Assembly: GCA_040754495.1 (NCBI GenBank)
Contig: JBFMCO010000057.1
Span: forward strand, 1-19,957
DNA length: 19,957 bases
Direction of reading: 5' to 3'
DNA from: Candidatus Micrarchaeota archaeon
Lineage (GTDB): Archaea; Micrarchaeota; Micrarchaeia; Anstonellales; Bilamarchaeaceae
Position 1 is the first letter of the stretch. Each line of letters begins with the position of its first letter. A program made the translations under genes and the position numbers. This document shows, piece by piece, positions 1-9,000 of this stretch. Below the pieces are notes generated by a model, which did no database searches, had not been told where the DNA came from, and was given only the letters and a program-made list of their open reading frames with translations.

Positions 1-2
1 TT

Positions 3-3000
3 CTTTTCCTTGCCGCAGAGGAGGTCCGCATCAACGGGGGGCAGGAAGACGCGGCGGTCGAATTCCGCAGGGAAGCCGTGAGGGCGGCCGAGGACATGTC
101 TGGCGGAGCGGCATGGGCGGAAGGGAACCTCGCCAGGACGCTGGCGAATTTCCTCTCCGGAGAACTCGAAACGGCAGCCAACGGCCGCTGGCTCGGGGAG
201 CATCAGGACATACAGGGCCTGCTCCGCGATATTGCCGCAAACCTCCATGCGCTCGCAGAACGCCCCGAAGGCGCCACGGCGGAGGACTTCACGCGCGGCA
301 GGGCCGCGCTCGGCATCGCTTCAGACATGGAACAACGGCTGACCGGCCGCCACCCGCCGGCATCCGAATCAATTCAGGGTGCCCTGGCAGTCTACGGCCG
401 GGCGCTCGAATCGCTGAAAGAAAGCGGAGACATAGAAGCGGCGCTCGGGGAGGCGTCCCTTGGAGCAGCGTATCTTTCTGCCGGCAGCGATGAGGAGAGG
501 CACGACATCGAAACTCTTTCGCTTGCGCTTCACGATGACCCGGCGCAGCTTTCCCGCGTCAGGGATTACGTGGAGCTAAGTGGGAGGATCGCCGGCTTGG
601 AAGAAGAAAGGGACATGCAGAGGGAAGGAAGCGCAATGCGCGCAAACCTCGACACCATCATAGCCGAACTCGGACGGGCCGCGGCCAGGATAGCTGCGGG
701 GGGCGGGCTGGCCGACGAAGCCTGGGTTTCGCAGGAGGAAGAGGACCTGAGGGGACGCGTCCTCGTGGATGATAATACAAGGCGCATGGTTGAAGACTAT
801 GCCGCCCGGAACCAGATGTCGCTCGAAGATGCCATCCATACCATTGCGACGCAGCAGGCGGAGGCGCGGGCCGGCGTGCTGCTTACTGCCGGAGAAAAAA
901 TGCTGGAGGTCCTTGGCGGCCTCCGGGGCTCTGCCCGCAGCGAGGCTGCGGAGATTTTCGGCTTCGCAATAAGCGCGGCAATTGAAGGCCGCATCGATGA
1001 CGCCGGCTTGTTCATGCAGGCTGCCAGGTCATACGCAGGGCTTGAAAACGATACGGACAGGGAAGCGATTCTCAGGGTATGCCGGGAGTATAACGGCTCT
1101 TTCGTGGAAGAGTATGCCGGACCTGTTCTTGACGGGGGAACTGCAGAACGCATGCTGCGCGTGCAGCAGGAGCGGGCAAGTTACCTGGGAGCCGTAACGG
1201 ACAGGGAGCTTCGCCGAAATGCGACCGCGTATTTCGACCTTGCATTAATGGCAGCCGAGGGCATTGACGCGGCCGACGCTGAGTTCGTGCTCCACCTTGC
1301 CGTCTCATACGCCCGGGCCGCAGCCCTGCCTGAGCGCACGCTCGGCGCGGTGTTGCGCGAGGAGAGGGGCGAGGTCATGGCGCTGGCCGAGCAGCAACTT
1401 GGCGATTACAGCGAATTCAGCGGGCGCCGCGACACCACTGTTGCCAGCGGCAGGATACTCAACCTTGGAACAGAAGAATCGAGGCTCAGCGAGTCGGACA
1501 TTACCGGCCCCGTCGCGGTTGCGCTCGTAACGCAGCGGCCGGTGAAGGAAGCCATCGGGGAGGCGGAAGCGCTTGCAAAGTCCATCCCCCTGGCTGAGGC
1601 TGACATCGCCGCGCTCGGTATCGGCCGGCTCGTGGAGCTGGAAGGCAGGCTTACGGCATTCGAGAGCGCGGCCGACCTGTTCGCATTCGAAGAGCGCCTC
1701 GCGGAAGCGAGAGGGACGGATGAGCGGCGCAGCGAAAGAAGATATGGTTCCGAATCGGAAAGGCTGCTCCGGGAAGCTGAGCGCGCAAGGGCGGCGGGCG
1801 ATTCAGAGCTTGCGGAATGGTTTGCCATGCAGGCAGGGCTGATAGACCGCGGCTCGGTTACAGGGATGCTTGATAGCGCACGGGAGATATTCATCAGCGG
1901 CCAGGAGATGCTTGGGGCTGCGGTCGAGCGCGGGCGCGAGGCCGCAAGGGCCGACGCCGCCGGAAACAGCGAAGAAGCGCTCCGGCTCAGGATGGAAGCG
2001 TTCGAGATGGAGCGCCAGGGTGCCCGCCTCATAGACGCCGCGGACCATGCAGTAGCGGCCCTTTCCGATTTTGACAGGAGCGTGCAGCGCATCACGACAA
2101 GGCAGAGGGAGGATGGCCGCCTGGAGCTTTCGGTGAGCGCCAGAACGTACATCGCCATTGGGGAGAGCAGGGATGTGGACCTTCTCGGCAATCCGGTTGC
2201 CGCACCTGTCGAAGCTGGGGCGGAAGCAGTTGCAGCGTCATTAACCGAAGAACGCATCGCCACCCTCACTCAGAACGCACGCTCGGCCCAGCAATCCGGA
2301 AGCCAGGCAGTCCGGCAGCAGGCAGCAATCCAGAGAACGCGCGGTCAGCTCATGGACCAGGCGGAGGCCGGACTCCACCGGGCGAACCTTGAAAATGCCA
2401 GGCGCCTTATCGAGCCGCTCATCATGATGCTCCCCGAAGCCGAGAGGCAGGAGCATACGGAGCGCCTTGATGCCGCCTATTCATCAGGCAATGTGGCAGC
2501 CCTCCAGGAGCTTTACATGGAGCTGGCCGGGGAGGATTTCCCCGATACCGGCATACCTGCCACAGATTCGCAGGGGCGGGCCACATATGACATAACGGCA
2601 GTCGAGCAGTCTTACCAGCGCGTGCGCAGGCTTGCATGGAGCGAGAGTTTCGGGGCTGCGGGCAGGGAACTGGGCGAAGGCGTTACGGCCATGCAGACGA
2701 GCTTCGAAGCAACCCAGTCCGCCCTGAGGGACATCCAGTTGGTGGGGGTTGGCAATGCGGCCCGGTACGGGCGCGGAGTGGCGGAGGCGCAGGCTGCACA
2801 GCTTGCCGGACAGCGTGACGTTGCCCTCGGCGGGGCCATGTCCGGCTACATAGGGGCTGCGGAGCAGACAGACCCGCAGGTGCTGGCAGCCCTGGTAATC
2901 AACTACGTAACCGACCCGGCAGAGCGGAGAAGGCTTCTGGAGAGGCTTTGCCAGCCCGGAATGCAGGGCGAGGCCGGTGAAGAGGCCAGGAGGCAGCTGC

Positions 3001-6000
3001 TTGAAGAGCTCGACGCCATCGAAGTACATGACCCCCTTTCGGGTGCGACGACTACAATCAGGGACATGCTCACCAGCGGCGAGCTTGCGTATTACCATAT
3101 TGATACGTACGTGAGCGGGCCGAACGGATTTAACGACATCATCGACATGGTCGAGCGGGGCGAACTCGAGAACGCATCCGTGCTTCTTGGCGCCCTTCAG
3201 ACAGAGGTGGCAAGCGCTTACGTGGCGCAGGAACTTGATTCCCGCGCCCTCGGCCAGGCGTATGTCGTGGGCATAAGGATGCAGGATGGGGGAGGGCGAC
3301 TTGTTGAATATTCCGGGGAAGGTCCCAGGCCTGAGGACAGCATCGAAGTCACCGATGGACTGTTGTGGGTGCGGACCTACAGCGGCGGCATATGGGAGGA
3401 ATTCGACGAAACAGCGCCCCCTGAAGAAAGCAGCCGCCATCTTGAGCAGCGCATGAGAAGGGCAAGGGCCCTGCTGCCAGTCCTTGAGGCCCTTAGCGAC
3501 AGCATGGGCCGCAGCGCGGCAGAGCATTACGAGGCAGCGGCCTCATACCGCGCCGCCCGCGACGGCATACTCAACGGTGAGGCGCCGCTTGAGCTAAACC
3601 CGGCCCTCGCAGCGGACCTGCTTACCGGGTTGGACAATGCCGCAGCAGAGGGGATGCTGCCCTCAGGGGTCCAGACTCTGAGATACCGCCGGATGGTTGC
3701 AGGCATCGAAGCTGCCACAGACCCTGCTGAAAAGGCCCGGAGGGCGCAGGAGTTTTTCCTGGCAATCGGCCGCGACCCGCAGGCGCTTGGAGCGGCCCTT
3801 GACGGGATAGACGCACTCCCGCAGGGGGTGCAACTGCTTACACCCTTTACGAATACAGCTCTTGCACATCTTACTGGAATGGAGCAGGAGGCGCTCGCCA
3901 CGGAACATGACGGCCAGAGGCAGGTCGCATGGACCTTGTCCAGGACGTGCCTCAGGAACATGCAGGTCCAGCTCAGGATGGGCGATGACGCGGAGACGTA
4001 CAGGTACGAAACCAGCCAGCAGACCAGGCGCGAGGCGGAGGTGTATGGATGGGTCGCACCCACTTCGACGTCGGCGTATCATCGCGAGCTTGGGGGGAGG
4101 CGGGCCGCGCTAGCGCTCACGATTCTGGACGAGGAAAACGACAGGAGGGCGAGGGACATCGTGTATAATGGGGAAACCGTTGCCACCCATCAATATTCAT
4201 TCGAACCGCTTGGCATATCCGCAGGCACTGTCCACATCCAGGTGGCCCAGGAATTGATGACTCTCAATTACTTAGAGACTATGGAAATCCAGTCGTACGT
4301 AGAAGCGGACATCTCCGACATTTCCACACAGGCCCTCGGCTACATGGCCGCGAGGCTCTCGCGGCTCGACCTTGCACAGATAGGCCTGGCCACGGAAGTG
4401 ACCACTGACGAGAACCGGCGGCTTATTATGACGCTCAGTCCCGTCATGGTGGCTGAAGTCAGGCATGATGCGAACGGCAATGTCATGACAGACGAGTCTG
4501 GAAATCCGATAACCGATATGGTGCCCCTGGACCGGGCAAGCCCGGAAGTGCGGGCGGAGTATTACCAGCGCCTCGGGATGCTCCAGGAGCAGTCCATGCG
4601 GCTTAATGACATTCTGCTTGGAGCATTCTTCGCCCATGACACGAGCTGGGGCGAGAATCCGCAGTACAACCTCATGTCCAGGATGAACAGCAGGACGGAG
4701 TCATTGGACCAGGCGCTTTCCTGCCTCTTCAGATGGGCCGGCGCAACTCCGGAACAGCGGCCTGAGGAGCTCCGCGGCTTTGACGCACTGTACAATGTGA
4801 GCGTCCCGATTACTGCCGAATCCGGTTACCGCGATACGGATGCAGACACAAACGCCACCCTGTCGGACCTCAGAATGTGGCAGACCGGGCGCAGGATTGT
4901 AGGCATTGCCGGCACGATGGTTGAGGCGGGGGTCGGCGTGGTCCTGGCGGCGCCCACAGGCGGCGCGTCATTGTTTATCACAGGAGCCCATATGGGCGCA
5001 GAGGGAATAATCGGCGGAATAGAGATGTACCGGCAGCAAGGGGAGATGACATGGAGCGCTGGGTTCCAGATAGTGACCGGCGCATTGGGAATCCTTCTCC
5101 CCATCGGCACGATGGCTTCCGGCATGAGGGCTGTCGCCATGCCTGTTGCCGCGATGGAAGCCGGCGAAGCGCTTGGGACCGGCGCCGCACGGACCGGCGC
5201 GCTCTACAGGCTGATTGGACAGCCAGGAATGGCACCAGAGATGTATACCACTGGACAAAGGTTTGGCCAGTTCTTCCTCGGCGCGCCTGAGGCAGGCATT
5301 TTAGACAGGGCAGTGCAGTTCGGCGGGAGCATGCTCATGCTGAGCGGCGGTGGCATGTTCATTGCTCAATCCGTTCCGGGGCTGGCGGCTGCAATCCAGA
5401 GCGACGAGACCAGGTGGTGGGATTATGCCGAGCTTGCGCTCGGCGGCTTCCAGAACCTGGCGCTTCCGGCCATACAGGCACGCGCGAACATGCTTTATGT
5501 TTCGCAAAGGTATGCGAGCGGCGGCGCGGTGACGCGCTCGCTGACGAGGCAGATTGTCGAAGCGATGACTATTGGGACTCCCATGGATACACCGTTCGGA
5601 TTCGGGGTGGCAAGGGCCCAGTACGAGGCGAACCGCAGCTTCACCGAGCTTTCGCGCGCCGACCCCGCCTTCGCGGACAATTATCATTCTTTCATTGCAC
5701 GAAGCGGCATCGCGTTCACCCCGAGGCAGGAAGCGGAAGTGCTTGCGATTTACCGGGACGCGCATGCTGAAAACCCTTCCATCAGCTTCCATGAGTTCGC
5801 CGCCGGGGAGGGCGCAGGCTCGGCGCGGTTCCGCCAGATTTGCAACGAGTCCGCGCTCGAAGCTGTCATGACCGGCAGGGCGTCGTTTTCAGACCTCGAC
5901 CCTTCGCAGAGGGCTTACATCGAGACAAGGTATGGGTTCGAGAACCCCAACAGCCCTGAAGCGATTGCGGCTGCGGACCGGGCTGCGAGCGAGGCCGGAA

Positions 6001-9000
6001 TGGCCGCAGCCGGGCGCGAGGTGGAAGCGGCCGCAGCGGCGTGGTCGGCGCAGCAGCCGGCGGCGCCCCGCATGCCCCCTGCGGGCGAAATCGAGGCGAG
6101 GCTGACTGCAGCGGAAGAGGCCGATGCGCAGGCTGCGGCCGCGCGGAGGACGCAGGAGCAGGCTGCCCTTTCAAGGCGGCTGGACGTCCAGTTCACGGCC
6201 AGGGAGGGTACTGATTACATAATGGGACGCGGCGAGAGCGCCATCAGATATTCGCGGGAGCATTTCCAGGGGGCCGCGGATATTATTTATCGCGCAGAGG
6301 AGATACTAAGATTGCCGGAGGGCGACGCGCGCACGGCTGCACTTGAGGCGCTGCCGGAGAACGTGCGGACGCAGGTCCGTGACCTAGTGCTCGACAGGGA
6401 ATTTGTCGAGGCTGCGAGAAGCGGAAACTCGAGGACGAAGCTGATGCTCGGCCTGGAGAGGGCTGCGTATCTGCCAGAGATTGCCATGCGACCCGAAGTG
6501 ATGGCAGCCGGATATGCCACGGAGGCGCAGCTTCTTGCACAGAGGCGGGAGATAGGACCGGAAAGGCTTCTGGATTACGCCGCCCAGCGAAGGGAAGACG
6601 CAACCAGAATAAGAACCGAAGCGCAGGAGGCGCTGAGGCATGCTGAGGGGCTGCTTGCAAGGCCGGACAGGACGCCTGAGCAGAGAGGCAGGATTGAGGA
6701 GGCGATAGCGGCTGCGAGGGCCCGGCTCGCGATGGCGGATGCCCTGGACAACAGCGCGCTCATCCTTGAGCATGCTGCGACGGCCAGAAGGGAAGGAGCC
6801 GCGGCGCCTGCAGTTCCGCAAGAGGCGATTGAGGAGCCGGTGACCCCGCAGATAATTACCCCGCGATTGAGCGAGAGGCTGCGCTCCGTAGGGGTGGAGC
6901 TTACGCCGGAAACCAGCCACCAGCTTGAGGGTGATATCGGCGATTTGAGGGCAGGCATCATCACCCTTAACCAGTTCTGGGAGAGGCTCGGCCGCATAAT
7001 GGGTGGCAGGCCGGAGGCGCTGCCAGCGACCCTGAGAATGGACAGGCCGATCCCATCTTTCGAGGAATTCGGCCTTGTTCTCCAGAGCCCCGAGGCGCTC
7101 AGGTTCTTCGTAGAGGTAACCGCAGAGGCGCTGCCGCAGGTCTTCGCTCCCCCGGAAACGGCAGGGCTTTCCGAAACTGCGAGCGTTAATGTCGGCTTCG
7201 TGTCATTCGATTTGAGGAGGCAGAATTTCCTGAACTCGCTGGCGAGGGGCATCAGCAGGGTTACCGGCGACGTGAATGTCTATGAATATTTCACAAGAGT
7301 CGTCCGCGATGCGCCTGCCGAAGTGAACAGGCGGCTTGCCGCGGAAGGGCTTGACGCTACGGTCACCTCTGCTGCCTTCGGCACCAGCTCGGATGAATCC
7401 GGATTCCTGATAATGGCCAGGGATGAGCGCGCAAGAGGCAGGGCGCGCGAAATACTCGATGAAGTGCTGAACGAGAGCTTCAGGTTCGAGGGAAGCGCCC
7501 TTGATTATGTAACCAGGGGGACGGCAATCAGGCCGTATATCGAGGAGATATTCGCCACAAGAGGACGGGTCGGGACCGGCGGGGCTTTCGTGGAGCTTTC
7601 GGTCGCGGACTTCCGGCAGATGGCTGGCGAGCGGGGCGGGGTGGAGGGTTTCATAGATTTCATGAGGCGCATGGCAGACTCGCATATAGAAGCCGAAGAC
7701 TGGGTTAGGCAGGAGGCAGGCGTTCCCACCACCGCTGAGCTTCCTGAAACGTCCCTGCATTTCATGTCCGATGCGGTTCTGGAGAGGCCGTACATTGAAG
7801 AAAGCGGGAGGATGGGCGAAAGATACAGGACAAACCAGGACTACATGGACAGCGTCTTCGACAATCCGCAGGTGAGGGAGAACGATTCGGTAGTCGTTAT
7901 CGAAGGCGGACTGACCATCACAGACAGGAGCAGCGAGGCATATGCGACCCTGGCCTCGCTCGGCGCGAAAAAGGGCAAGATGTATGGTGCCACCACCGAG
8001 GGCAGGGTGGGCCTTTCCGTCTCCAATCTCCCCTCCCAGGCATCCGGAGAGGAGTTCCTTTTCGTGAACAGGGAGGCGGCAAGGAGCGCAGCCGACAGGT
8101 TTGCCGCAGAGCACGGAATCAGCCCTGAAACAATCGAGATAAGGCAGACGGGGGCCGGGCCGGACTTCGTATTTGTAGTAAGAGGACGCCGGCTGGAGGC
8201 TGCCGATGTCCAGGAACTCCTCGGATATTACCGGGAGACGGGCCAGGAGCTTTTGAGCGGAGAGTTCGGCGTGTCGGCCAGCGGAGTGCTGCTTACAGGA
8301 GAGAGGATAAACTTCAGTGATTACCGGGCTGCAATGAGATACCTGAAGGACGGGGCAGCATTCGGCGACATGTCTGCTGGCCCCGAAGGCAGATATGTGC
8401 CGGTGGAGGAAATTCCGGCCGATTATACTGCACGGGCCATGAGGCTTGATGGGGCAGGAAACATCCTTGGCCTCTTCCTTTCATCCGAGAGCATATCTTC
8501 CAGCGATACGGCAATGGCCCAGCAGCTGGCGCGCCTTGCGGGCGAAAGCTTTGTAGCAGATTTCAGGGCATTCATGCAGAGGGAGCACATTTCCATAAGA
8601 AACTGGGAGGACCTGAGGGTCGCGCTTGAGGGGTTCCCGGGAGGGGAAGGGATTATTCGGACGCTTTCCGGCGACGACTTCCTTCTCTTCGTGGAGCGGC
8701 AGTATCCCGATGCGACTCAGCAGCGGGCGGCTGCTGCGATAAGAAGGGCCGAGGCCGAGAGGAGGGGGGAGAACTTCGAGCGGCCTTTCGAAGAGGAATT
8801 CCCCGTAGCGCCACAAGAAGAGGTGGCTGCGATGGCTGTGGGTGCGGAGGAGATGGCAGCTCCGGCTGAGACCGCCCCCCACGGAGTTCCCGAAGCACAG
8901 GTTGTGCCACTTGAAGCACCGCGTTCCGTCGAGGCTCGACCAGCATACGAAGTAGGGCCGCGGCCGGAGGGAGCCGAAAGGCTGCGGGGAAGAGATGCGC

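Noticed and set aside
8439-8681. LDG...SGDD as a Cas10/type III CRISPR subunit
   Set aside because: There is no HD domain, no other cas/csm/cmr gene and no array, and it is embedded in a giant unrelated protein. Kept only as a palm-fold similarity.
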